Virus record (IMG/VR): IMGVR_UViG_3300023109_003296
Span: 25,845 to 89,844 of that record
Source of the DNA: a virus
Strand: one strand, 5' to 3'
DNA length: 64,000 bases
Shown: positions 31,201 through 40,500 of the stretch, one piece after another
Numbering within the stretch: the stretch's first letter is position 1
Layout of the letters: each line of letters opens with the position of its first letter
The notes under the pieces: model-generated
Database searches by the model: none
Seen by the model: only the letters and a program-made list of their open reading frames with translations
What the model was told of the DNA's origin: nothing
Made by a program: the position numbers and the translations under genes

Positions 31201-31806
31201 ACTTAAATTTATTGATCCAACGCCAATGTTATTACCTGATTTTAAGTTTATTGAGGGCGATTCAACCTGCTGGGAGAAATAATTTTCAATTTTTATATTA
31301 GAGCAATCAAACTCTACATCAACAGTTGGAAAAGATCCTACAGAAAAATTAACGCTATAATTTGTTATATATGCATTGCCAATAGAAACAACCTCACCAC
31401 CATTAGGAAAAGACGCTCCATTTTTTATGTATTCTGCTCCATCAAAACCTTGTTCTGGATGGTTGTAAAAATAAAAATTATTAGATACTTCAGACAAACC
31501 ATTTAATATACTAAACTCTGGTTTATAATCTAAATTATAATTGAAACCAAAAAGCTCCTCGTTTGCAAAAGTAGGGGTAAAACCATAACTCATTTGCAGT
31601 GTTACATCTGGATGCCTTATTATGTTTTTTTCTTCATAAAGCTGACTTCCAATTTGCTCAACATCAGCCCTTACGTTACTAAAACCATAAGTAGCAGATC
31701 TTACACCAGCAAAAACAAATCCAGATTCAGTTGTCGTTTTGAATGATGGCGAATCGCCTATTATGACAACTGTATTTGCGCTATTTAATGTTACCCTGTT
31801 TGCCAT
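22288..31806 (-). CDS. 3172-aa protein: divergent tail-tube domain plus ~2800 aa of BspA LRR cassettes (putative adhesin/receptor-binding protein)
   Basis: N-terminal SIGNAYITNYSVNFSVGSFPTVDVEF and RLGSNY..RKIEYPIEGTLS match the tube paralogues; the remainder is LRR_5 repeats. Confidence 0.8.
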   Translation of the reverse strand: MANRVTLNSANTVVIIGDSPSFKTTTESGFVFAGVRSATYGFSNVRADVEQIGSQLYEEKNIIRHPDVTLQMSYGFTPTFANEELFGFNYNLDYKPEFSILNGLSEVSNNFYFYNHPEQGFDGAEYIKNGASFPNGGEVVSIGNAYITNYSVNFSVGSFPTVDVEFDCSNIKIENYFSQQVESPSINLKSGNNIGVGSINLSNVNYFETGKFGDIYDLDRSDIETILPYDIKFEMDNLSIGGQKINLQSHRIDEFSVNIPINRANVYRLGSNYVCDRKIEYPIEGTLSISSLVTQMEAGFISGLVYGDEVSNLRIITNDCRKQISSQFYFEDIKLENVEYQTLVNEQTKYNLEFSFQISDTKGFKTSVTEQDIGVTRFIDDENKVYEYILDDVISNWQSGDLNGYKVAFGELRSYNVFDGAFAYATNINSPVYLPPQILTMGEDVFIGCSNLPSFYTDSSCVIPAFGERCFKDCSSLQNIFIPASVLDIGEECFMGCDSAEALFLADVQSIGERAFYNCSGLNQSLYIPDTTLTLGESAFENCSGFIGGLYIGNSLKEIKEKTFKNARNLSFEITIPDNISGIGKEAFYQCEGFNGELTLSNQLTTIEDYTFYNCSSLTGDLVIPDSVNEIKVGAFQGCSSFNGSLMLPNVNIVGDASFSGCSGLQGRLSLSSGIESIGDNAFMNCASLNSSLTMPSGVSSIGDQAFLGCSGITDVYMNSPVTIFQGSNSFSGVNGCMFVSPFYYNDYLSAGTAGLYQGMPVCYGSLDTVIYDANTSEVIKFIRGDIPSYWYTNQSRDALLVIGSTCKNIGSGAFSGSYGITGFFVLPEEVETIEDYAFYNCHFDGDLIIPDTVISLGSGVFENCSGFDDLLDIGDGIEVIKGKTFKNCSNIHGDIIVGSEVYTVEDEAFYNCTGVSGELFLGNNIISIGDYAFYNCNNAVGDLDLPSPVNYIGDFAFYNCSSLDGEFGLENVGECEYIGNYAFEDCSLMTGPLLLPGNVGYLGSGAFKNCKNLNSTIDLSAGEFDYILEETFFGCSGLLGELVIPDFILGIDDRAFLGCESLTLSITISNIAARNIGVDVFNDPLPFADLIISDSVETIVEGDFDYFKDDPLYLTMQEGLQVISGYSFDNYSFIGSLELPFSLNYIGQAAFSGCNFEGTYDFSSSNISYIGPYAFYDLNLIDGDLDLRNVDFIGDGAFYNNTSVDGFLTLNTSVTEIGEYTFYNCSSMNGSLIFSDITSGIGQYAFAECSSLSGNIYLPNNQDYTTVKTGTFQNCQGLSGNLIVHDYITSIEQDAFLGCIGLSGDITITNVTASSLVGSNSFDDSPFATLIVSESVANINNGEFDYFAPRSMEVVFQEGLSGILDNAFDNYNFVGEIDLPDSLTGIGVSAFENCDGFIGDLFIPDSVLGVGVDAFRSCFGLNGNLIIPSLLSNLGDGAFVDCTGLDGYLQISDLTAGSISSYLNVFDGTNFYQLRAASSDFLIEDTEFDTFEFWVGDLYLANSASSLGANAFVENYSFENKLTINENSETIGAYAFSGNSFTGDLHIPSLNVGYAAFAECTDFNGEFSIDPLLNETIGNYAFSGCSNLSGDLKIPETTYAVGHSAFHNMSSLDGEFRLCILPEDLEFGFSGNLTEVVYDDGELEDIFVVTISSLDVFGDYAFAGNSNLTGNLCIPDRVTSWGEYAFLDMSSLDGFLILGSGVDQIPKGIFKNCSSLKCYDDGVFKIPENINLIEEEAFYNCSSLNCDLRLKPGVFIGNDAFFNTNFANILVPSGTVAIVDEDYDTFQSFAIGLKFEFDTSPFTTIGDNAFDNYNLTGNLYLPGTTSYLGSGAFRNNSNLIGDLTIPYNVSNVRNYAFENCSSFDGDLIISDSLRIIGERAFAECRNLTSEIEIPALIEEIGSGAFQGCTGLEGIINLDKSFLLRIESHAFSGCTGISGVLTQTLPVDAFVGEDAFAGVGGIFEVGPLTYNDYLAESTLINGKPYFQGIQISGVGNPNTTFYINNDATTPTNQRLGPGINDKNDQRTEVFEVIQAQNNQPYSIPTRWADGSLRTYPRTEVPFNANGNYIDTNKKGYISGTDVKYAWLDLGVVVDGIGDYAFFSCRQLQGPLIIPNSVFNIGYAAFYDCNGLQEISLGAGLTDIEPYAFYSTENVNEPIEMPPLLETIQPYSFYGLTSCPGISFAGNSLKRIELQAFAQISHYAFNLVLPENMEYIGQQAFTSANMPGIQFGEGLSGINYRAFFDCDNINSSITLPQSLEYLGIDAFRQSSIRDYVNMPESLQLINDGAFRSCEFLRGFTSWNNLSGIGKDAFRDCLIFRGIENDNDGYVIDVPQDVYLGSRAFQGIGKSPDGQHPDKIILPSGWDISDGGVDIFKNIFYTSGLDIKNAFYIQNSMFYDMRKHFINSGTFDLDGGLTGIGDYAFYKNCENFDDAFKRHKFGNILIPNSVEYLGEGAFEQCAFLTGIEFQSGSKLKRIENRTFYEASNYDAGSRDYYRDPPIGQFHSNGYSGLQVDLIIPSGVEEIGEAAFYYVYMRDADFYLHAGVSGLGTGAFYGIESKDFYWSGDPSRPQYSKTMNEKILASAKVNNLYLTDINFEVFETGCFSNFRQTGSGANRTWVFDSGLREVKTQAFYNSDWTLDFSSVINEVSFGSPSTANPQRLWYQGFQYNKHSGVLNLPKIGLDPGYYSTFADMPYLESVVWQNPDIITTVAPKMFQGCTKLTGVTFPNNGAMTSIGYGAFDNCGLTEIDIRSTDVDFIGAYAFRENPNLTDIFLCNSQLQTLGDRAFRQCTSIDTLEICSSITNVGYSVLQESIINNLDWRANTTVMDYSSFEDARITGFTFNTFVLERIHQSAFEGAWVGNLPFTLPNSVDTISYRAFYEADISGIVLPSSLEKIGMLDNERNGFYGNTFYKSNLTGIDFSQCTSFTGHLNEDFKECPQLEEVKIAPNATTWEDRNFYSCPKLSGVYIPNNSLETMTYENFRFSNALRSCDLPEGLISMDYGNWRDATVDDVVFPSTLKTIGNYNWMGSRKFGNLVFDTQPFVVPSTLESMNHSNFQDSLGIQTLRIGAGFSGTIGNANWKNCANLTELYIDTTDTNATMGTGNFDSSTSLSLVFIAENVGTGIFEGTGNFLSTNNNIQFFVHSSVYNEYNNPTFSGRQNLPNGAQIVSVT

Positions 31807-31807
31807 T

Positions 31808-33655
31808 TTATAAAACTATATCAAATACCAATTTCCCTGCTGAATCTTTAGCTTGCCAATACGCAGTATCATACCCTTCTGCACCTATTGGAACATGTAT
31901 TTTTCTAAGTTTTCTCATAGTACTTAGAGGGAAGGGTTCGCCTACTATATTTGGAGCTAATGGAGCATTTATATAAATATTATACACCTTATCACAGGCA
32001 CGAAATGCATTATTTTGTATTGTTTTTATTGTACTCGGGAAATTGACATCAGTACCAATCCTCTTACAATTCCAAAAAGCTTGCTCTCCTATTACTTCAA
32101 CGCCAGAAGGTATATCTAAATCTCCATAAAGATTAACACAACCCCTGAAAGTCTGATAAGGTATTTCTTTTAGCGTAGGAGGTATAGCAATTTTAGAGTT
32201 AATATTCACACAACCCATAAATACTGAATCACCTAAACCTGTAAGACTCTCTCCCAAACCTAGATCCTCATCAAAACCATCACAACTAGAGAACGCCTCG
32301 TCTCCAACATACCTTATATTAGGTGGCAACAAAAGAGGACCAGTCATTGAACCACAGTTATAGAAAGCTCTAGCACCTAACTCCAAAATACCCCCTCCTA
32401 AAATCAAAGAATTATTTAACCCAGCACACGAATTAAAAGCATCGTCACCTATTCCAGTAACACTTCCAGGTATATTCAATAACCCCTGCAAGTTAGGCGC
32501 TGATTCAAATGCGCTTTCTCCTATAAATTTACAACCAGCACCTATTTTCAAATCAAAAATATCGGGATCTAATTCGAACCAGTTTGGAGGTATATCTTCA
32601 GAAGCTTGAGCAAGTAAATTATCATCACCGCCAAACGCTCGTGAAGAAAGAGTTTCTTCACTATGTTTCACTCTATCGGGAACAACACCAAAAGGATCCT
32701 CATCAAGTTTCAAATCAAGGTTATGAGAATCAAAACTGTTCCAAGTATGTGTCCACTTCCTACAGACATACACCTTAGGTCTATTAAATACAGTATTGAT
32801 TCTATGCTTAAACCTCTTATACCCATTTTTAGACTCTAAAAAATGAAGCATAGATTTTAATTGTTTAGTGCTAATTTCTGAAAAGTTATATTGAAGAGGG
32901 AAAGAAGCACTGTTGTCCTTAACCTTTCTTCTGTAAGGAAATCCGTCTGAATCACCGAATCTTTGAGTTTCCATAGGAACCGTTGCCGACTGACCAACAT
33001 CAGGTTGCCAAAAAAAGTCTCTAGTCCAGTAGGGGCTATCCTCAAGGCTTGTAGATGTATCTTGAGAGGAATCGTGGTCTTCAGTGCAATAATAAAAATT
33101 ATTTAACCTATCTTGATACTCAAATTCAAGTCTTTGGTCATAAGCTATATCATTTTCTTCGTATTTTTTATTTTCTTGAACATAATAAATACTTTCTTCC
33201 CCTACGTACAAAAAGTTCAAACCAGTCCAATTGAGGTGTCCAGGCGATTCAGTAACTTCAAACAAAGCAGATATTTTAAATGTATCGACATCTAATTGAG
33301 TTACAGAGTATTCCGAGCAATACCCGTTAACTGGTTTATATACGGTAGGGTCTGTATCAAACAAAATCGGATCGATCCCTCTTTTTGATTCAAAAAAATT
33401 AGCTAGTTTTCTGGCGTCCTCTTCTTTAGCCTCGTAAACCATCCTATAATTAGCATAAACATTATTTATACCAACTGGCATTATATTCAACCAATTATTG
33501 TTAGTAGTTAGAGCCTTATCCTTGGCCAAAAATTCTACATTAGAACCTTCTGTAGGGCAAGTGATATCACTAATACCCTCATAATCCGTTACTCCAGAGA
33601 AATTTCTAGTTCTGTCGTAAAGTAGATCATCGCTATCTATGTCTATATAGGCCAT
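31808..33655 (-). CDS. Minor (distal) tail protein-like domain plus C-terminal BspA LRRs
   Basis: Duplicated LANFFESKRG / MLHFLESKNG motifs and YVCRKWTHTW are reminiscent of lambda gpM/Dit-like proteins. LRRs start at about aa 370. Confidence 0.6.
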   Translation of the reverse strand: MAYIDIDSDDLLYDRTRNFSGVTDYEGISDITCPTEGSNVEFLAKDKALTTNNNWLNIMPVGINNVYANYRMVYEAKEEDARKLANFFESKRGIDPILFDTDPTVYKPVNGYCSEYSVTQLDVDTFKISALFEVTESPGHLNWTGLNFLYVGEESIYYVQENKKYEENDIAYDQRLEFEYQDRLNNFYYCTEDHDSSQDTSTSLEDSPYWTRDFFWQPDVGQSATVPMETQRFGDSDGFPYRRKVKDNSASFPLQYNFSEISTKQLKSMLHFLESKNGYKRFKHRINTVFNRPKVYVCRKWTHTWNSFDSHNLDLKLDEDPFGVVPDRVKHSEETLSSRAFGGDDNLLAQASEDIPPNWFELDPDIFDLKIGAGCKFIGESAFESAPNLQGLLNIPGSVTGIGDDAFNSCAGLNNSLILGGGILELGARAFYNCGSMTGPLLLPPNIRYVGDEAFSSCDGFDEDLGLGESLTGLGDSVFMGCVNINSKIAIPPTLKEIPYQTFRGCVNLYGDLDIPSGVEVIGEQAFWNCKRIGTDVNFPSTIKTIQNNAFRACDKVYNIYINAPLAPNIVGEPFPLSTMRKLRKIHVPIGAEGYDTAYWQAKDSAGKLVFDIVL

Positions 33656-33691
33656 ATATATTATATATAAAATTTTTAAAAAATAAACAAA

Positions 33692-34513
33692 TTAAGGTAA
33701 GTTTTTTCTATCTCCGCCTAAATGACCTACATAAGATAAATTCATCAAAAGTTGCCCATTTACTCTCTGACTCAAGTTCCTAGATACCAAACTAGCATTT
33801 GGTATTTTAATGTATTGCAAAAGTGTTCCGACTCTGCTTTTTACATCTAAAGAAATATCCCTATCTTGCCTTCTGTTTAAAAAATCAAAACTCTGACTAT
33901 TGTAAGTTTTATCTAATTCTAACTGTACTGACGCATTGTATTTCAAAGGTCTTTTCTCCTCGATGTTATATGGAAGATTAGATCCTATAGCGTAGGAAAC
34001 TTCATGATCTATATTTACTGAGTAGTCAAAACCTACAACCCTATTCCCCTGAAAATCTTCTGATTCTATAGATATGCTGTCTTGTGTTGGACTATTAACT
34101 ACTGGGTGCGTTTTTTTGTTTACGAATTCTTTGTACCCACTTTTAATCTCATCTAAAATCAATAATGAATTATTAACTTTTGGCATCGAACCAACTGCGC
34201 AATTTACAGAATAACTCGATAAATAACCGCTTTCAAAACCATAATAACTATCATTTTTTAAATCATAAACCTGCCCATCAATGACCTTGTCTTTACCTAT
34301 AAAGTTAAAGAATGGATCATTATAAATCAAACTTCTAGTTAATGACATTGTCTGCTGTACTGGCCCAGATGACACAGTAAGACCAGCTTCAGTCCCTATT
34401 GGGCTAATAACAGAAGCTGAATGTTTTGATGAGATAGATGCAGAGGAAACCCCTGTCAAATGATATCCATCTAACATCACATAAGATTCATAATCTAAAA
34501 TAGCTCCAAACAT
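33692..34513 (-). CDS. Divergent tail-tube-fold protein (possible tube initiator/hub)
   Basis: GYLSSYSVNCAVGSMPKV and YAIGSNLP resemble the tube paralogue motifs; immediately downstream of the tape measure gene. Confidence 0.55.
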   Translation of the reverse strand: MFGAILDYESYVMLDGYHLTGVSSASISSKHSASVISPIGTEAGLTVSSGPVQQTMSLTRSLIYNDPFFNFIGKDKVIDGQVYDLKNDSYYGFESGYLSSYSVNCAVGSMPKVNNSLLILDEIKSGYKEFVNKKTHPVVNSPTQDSISIESEDFQGNRVVGFDYSVNIDHEVSYAIGSNLPYNIEEKRPLKYNASVQLELDKTYNSQSFDFLNRRQDRDISLDVKSRVGTLLQYIKIPNASLVSRNLSQRVNGQLLMNLSYVGHLGGDRKNLP

Positions 34514-37500
34514 TACCTAAGAGTTCCTCCTAATCTTCTTTCTTCCCTAAGGACCTCAAGAACTTTCTGTTTTATTGTCTTACCAAGTTCTTCCCTATAC
34601 TTATTGTTGTTTGAGGCTCCTTTTTTCTCAACTGTAGCATTACCGTCGGGCCCTCCTGATGAACCGCCGCCACCACTATTTTCATTACCGCCACCACCTC
34701 CATTAACGGTAATGTTGATTTCACCATTATTATCTCTTGTTGCATTTAAGATTTCGTCCAACTTTTCAATTACTTTCTCTGAGTCTTCACCTCCCCCAGA
34801 GTTTAGATTCTGTAAATTATCAGCTCCTACTCTCTCTGTCGCAGCTCTATTTAAAACGAACTCGCCACCAGTCAGCATAGTTTGCACGTTATCTATATTG
34901 GATCCTCCTCCAGTAACATAACCTCCTGTTGCCAAACTCTGACCAGATCCAGTACCTCCAAGGTTGTAACCCCTAAGGTTTAATAGACCTCCAGTATTAG
35001 TTCCAGATCCAGATGATCCTGGAGCACCACGAAGGAAGGAATTCCAAAAACCTCCATTAGCAGCTACACCACCGTTGTTCATGGCTGCACCAATCCCATT
35101 TAACCCAGCGGTTAAACCCATAGTGGCAACACTTATTGCCAGCTGCGTAAGCAGCTGCTTCTTTCTTTCTTTTTCTTGTTTTTTGAGTTGCTCAACAAGC
35201 TCATTATATTCAGCAACTTGTTGTTGGTATTCTAGATTCAATCCAAAGGCTTGAGCTTTAGCATCTTGAGTAGCTCTTTGCAGAGGTGTTCCTCTTGTCC
35301 TACCAAAGTTTGTCAATCTAACACTTTCTGGTTCTAAGGATACCATTGAAGCTCCTGCCGCTTGATTTATAACATCATTTTGACCTCCAGTAAAAGCCTG
35401 TGTAGAAAAGTTAAGCAGGTTGCCAGCTCCTTCTATTTGACCTTGTCCATAAAGACCAGGTATAATAAAATCCTGCCTACCTGTTTGAGGTGTCAAAGCA
35501 CCTGATGGAGAACCAAATATATCTGTTGTTTTAAAGTCCTTTTCTTCTCTTGCAAATGTAGCTCCAGGTACAAGTCCTCCTTTTGCATATTTCTTAACAG
35601 AACCATTATTTATAGCATCAAGGAATGATGTTCCAAAAGAAGAAACAGCATCTTTAGACATAACAAACTCCCCACCCATGAGTAAAGCTGGATTTTCTTT
35701 TTTGTCTTTTGATTCAGATACTCTTAAATTAGTCAACCTCTCATCCAATACACCTCCAAACTTCGGATCAAAAGATGTTCTTAAGCTGGATTCTCTCGTA
35801 GCTTTAGATGCCTCAATTCCAGACTCAGACCTAAACTTAACACTTTGATCTACTCTTTCTTTTTTTTCTTTAGCGTATTTGAAAGAATCTATCCATTTAG
35901 ATGCAAAAGCTCCAGAATCAAATCTCAGATCTTTATTTTTAAAACGCTCTTCTAAGTTATAAACCTGACCTGAGTTAGCTGCTGGTGTGAATTTTGATGC
36001 AGTCAGTCCTGACTCTGTTCTGTTTTCTTCTTCCTTCTTTCTCCTTTTTTCGTTACTCTCTCTTATTACGTCTGCTTTAGGAGTCCAGTCTGAAGACTTT
36101 AATCCAGAATCATTTCTCAATTCATTATTGTCTTCAAAACTTCTTGTCTTTTCTTTTGCATAATTAGCAGAATCTGTCCACTTGGAAATAAAATTACCAG
36201 AATCAGATCTCAATTCTCTATTCTTAAGTCTTTCTTCTTCTTTTTCTACATTAGAGTAGTTGGATTTAGAGGTCCAATTTGAAGCTACAATTCCAGAGTT
36301 AGTCCTCTCATTTTCTCTAGACTTATCAGAATCTTTTTTTGTTTCTCTTGCTTCCCTTGTTGCTGTAGATGAATTTGCCAGCGGTGTCCATTCAGAAGAT
36401 TCAATTCCAGATTCGGTCCTAATCCTTATTCTTTCTTCTGTTTTTTTCTTCCTTGCTTTTTGTATGCTTGCTTCAGCAATCCATTTAGATGCTAGAACTC
36501 CAGATTCGGTTCTCTCCTCCTGATCTACAGTCCTCTCTTTATCTTGGTCTTGGTATTTTGATGCCTTTGGTGTCCAGTCAGAAGCAATGATTCCAGATTG
36601 TGTTCTGTCAGATTCGTTAATACTTCTTCTGTAACCCATGTACTCATTAATAGGCTCGTTCGATCTTGCTCCACCAACCATACCTCCAGTAGCAAAACCT
36701 GTAAGATTCCCAGAGTTTATAGACTCCATCATCCCAGATCCATACTTTTGAACAGCACTTTTTCTTATTACATACTCACCAGCCATTAAAACAGCTGGAA
36801 CGTCATCTCTGACTCCAGATCCACCTGTAACACGACCAGGTACAGAACCACCTTCATTAAATCCTATGGCTCCTAAAATAGGACCTAAGACAGGTCCAAC
36901 TCCAGGTATAAGGCTTGCTAAACTGCCAATAGCTCCACCAAGAAAACCACCGCCACCGCCAGTAGAGCCTTGTATACCTCCTCCGCCTCCGCCTCCGCCG
37001 CCATTAACGACATTAACAAAAACAGGATTTGATTGAGAACCTTTCGGTCCTCCGCTTTCGCCACCTAGACCTAATAAACCAGCTACACCACTTATATCTT
37101 TTCCGATAACACTGCTAATAGCCTTAAGAGCACCACCTTTTATGTCGATACCGCCACTTTCACCTCCGCCACCTTCTGATGTCAAACCTTCCCCATCAGT
37201 TGATGTTACATAAAGCGGGCTACTTGAGGTAAGTCCTCTAGCACTATTTATCAAAGTAGCTCCTGCAGCAGATCCTGATCCTGCACCACTATCCTTTTGA
37301 CCAAATATTGAACCAAGAATGCCCTGGAATCCACCCTCTCCTTGACCAAAGACAACACCTCTTAGTAAGTTTTTAAGCGAGGTTTTTGCAAAATCTTCTA
37401 AAAAGCTTGATGCAGCTTCCCTTAAGGTATCTCTAAGAGACTCCCCTTTGCTTATAGAGTCGACTAGACCATCTGATAAAGTGTCAACAAAATTGGTTGC

Positions 37501-40500
37501 TCCGCTAACTAGAATCTCCCTAATCTCTTTGGCTGACTCTTCTGGGCTCTTACCTTGTTTTTTAAACAGAGTGCCTATATCAGGATTATCTTTTTGTCTC
37601 TCTAAGATTGCAGCTTCTCTTAAGACAGATCCTCTTTCTTCAGGTGTTTTTGCAGCATTTAATCTTTCCCTTAAAGCTAATATTTTAAGGTTTATCTCGT
37701 ATTCGTATTCGAGCTGAACTCTAGATGCTGTATCTATAGTTTTTAAAAGTGCAAGTTCTTTTTCTTTAGCTAAAACATATTCATTTGCCTGTCTTATTCT
37801 ATCTAACTGAGTACCTTCTCCACTTTGTAAAATATCTAGCCTTCCCTGATTTACCCCAGCAGATTGAAGAGCTCCAGGATCAGCCGTGGTTAGAATATCA
37901 AAAGTATTCTGAGCTCTTTGTTCTGGTATATTTTCAAACTCAGATCTAATTAAGCTTGCTAATGTTTTAAGGCTACCAGTGAAATCTTTAAGTGCAGCGT
38001 CTGCCCTTAATCTCGCTATTGTTCCTTTGTCTAAAGCTATGCGGCTTTGTTCTAAACCTTTTCTATAAGACTCTGTTCCTTTTCTTAGTTCTTCTGATTG
38101 TGTTTGCTGTTTCGCTAATCCGATGCCTTCTGCTGAACCAATAAATCCAGTAGTAGGCTTATTAAGATCAAAAATATTACTAGCAGCGCCAAGTTGAGGA
38201 ACTTTTTGAATATTAAATAAACTCGAAATAGATGGAGTCAATGATAATATCGCTCTGTTTAAAGTTTCTGTTGAAGTAGTTAAAGTTGTTTGGCTTGTTT
38301 TTTGTTCTTCGTTTGCTACTTTTAGATCACCTGAGGCCTTAGCAGCTTCATTTATATCTCCAGCAGGGTCTCCAGCAGGGGTAACAGGTTCTTTAACCGA
38401 CAATTCATTAAGTCTTTGTTGGACTTGCAATTCCTCGCCTTTTAGTTCAGCTACTTGTTGTGTGAATGTTTGTATCTGATTAAGAGCATTCTGAATTTGG
38501 GCTTCTTGTACTTTGATTTCTGCTTTCTTGCCTTCTATACTAGCTTGTGCTCCTGCAGAACCTTGTGTAAGACTTGTGGTTATTCCAGAATCTTCACCAA
38601 AACCGTCAGGACTTTGAATGATTAAATTTTCTAATTCGCTTTTTAAATCATTTAATTTTATTTTATTATCATCCAGGTTTTTATTAAATTTTATTAAAGA
38701 ATCCGCAGCTTTTTTAAACTCTTTATTTCTTTCTGGTCCTCTTGTTAATTCTGACTCTTCTATACCTGCTTTTTCCTTGGCTCTGGATTCTGCGAGAGCC
38801 TGAGCAATATACTCTCCGAACTTATTAACATTAGCTCCGAAAATATTAACATTAGCTCCAAATTCTGTTCTTAAACCATCTTCTAATGTTGATTTTAAAT
38901 CCTCAATAAGCTTTTGGCTTTTCTTTGCTTGATCCTCTGCGAGTTTCTTGGAGTCGGTTATTGATTTTTCTATTAACTTTCCTACCGAAACCTCTAAAGG
39001 TGCTAAATCTAGTATGTCTTCTGATCCAGTTATCTTATCTTCCAAACTTTTTCTTTTGGATGGGTCTATAACATCAGAGAAGGCTCTCAATTGAGATACA
39101 AGATCATCAGCTTGAGCTTCTGTTGCTGCTTTTCTTCCCGTGCGAATATCTAAATCTGTCTGCTTTAAGTCTAAGGCGTTAGAAGCCCTAACGTCTGCAG
39201 TTGTACCTTTTCTTCCAGCTTTTCCTGCATCAAGTCTAGCTCTCTCTATATCTATTTGTCTTTGCTCTGCATTAAGAGCGGAAGTGCCGATATCCCTTTG
39301 TTTTTTAGTACGCCTATCACGAAGGTCATTAATTCTCTTCTCTTCTGCAGATTGAAGTTTTAATAATTTAAGTCTTGCATTTTGAAGATCATTGTCAGCT
39401 TTTGCTATTGCTGCTCTCTTTGCTGCATCTACTACGCTTTGCTTTATCGAGGCTATAACTTCCTTTTCTTTTCCAGCTATACCTTCTATACGAGAAAGCC
39501 TCTCTTCTGCAAACTTAACTATATCTCCCTCAAACTTGCCAGTCTTTAATAGATTATCATTAATATTTAAAACAAGATCTGCAATTTGCTGGTATGCTTG
39601 AGCATCTATAGTACCTCCAACATCTGGTATCAAACTTGTCTTTAGACCTTCGTCTGATAATATTCTTTTAGTGAAAATATCAGATATCTCTTCTTGCAAA
39701 CCCTTTTCTACCTGTAGATTTTGCAGTCTGCGATCTAATTCCGCACCTTGTATAGCATTAGTTTTTTCAGAAGCTTTTAAAAGCTCAAGTTTAAATTCTT
39801 TTTCTGATTTTATTGCTGCTATTGATTTTTGCTGGGCTATAACAGAATCCAAGGCTGAAAGAGCCGTATCCCTCAATACTCTTCTGGAGTCTTCTTGAAT
39901 CTTTTTAAGCCTATCAGCTGCATCCGAAGAAGCTATTAATTTCTTTTCTATCTCTCCTCTTAGTACTACTTCTTTTTCTATTTCTTTTAGAATTTGCTTT
40001 GATTCTACGACCCTACTTTTATCACCGTCAATTTTTGCAAGTCTTTCTCTTAATGCTATTTCCTTCTTGATAGCATCTTCTCTTTTCGATTGGTCTTCTT
40101 TGCTTAGTTTGCTTTGTTGTTGTCCCAACAACTTCTGTACATCTTCTGGTTTCTCAAGAAGTTTTTGTTTATCTTGAGTACTCAATGTCGAAATTAAACT
40201 TTGATCAGCTATACCCCTAGTTTCTTTTCCTATACCATCTGCTCTTCCCTTGTTTAAGACACTTGTTATTATTTCTTTAGGGTCTGTTATTACCTTTCCG
40301 TCTTTGTCTTCAATACCCCTTATCTTTAATCTTAACTCTTTTAGTACTAAGTCTGTTGGTGACTCTCCGCCTTTATCAAGACTTAAAGCTGCATCAAGAG
40401 AAGACTCTCTAAGTTTCTCTAGAGACTTTGCAGCGGCTTCCGCTGGCGTATCTATAAACCCTAAAACTCTACCTATGCCTTTTAATCCGTCTAAAAGAAA

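Noticed and set aside
17814-33655. Diversity-generating retroelement targeting the LRR proteins
   Set aside because: No reverse transcriptase in the window and no near-identical TR/VR pair noticed; the repeats are degenerate at DNA level.
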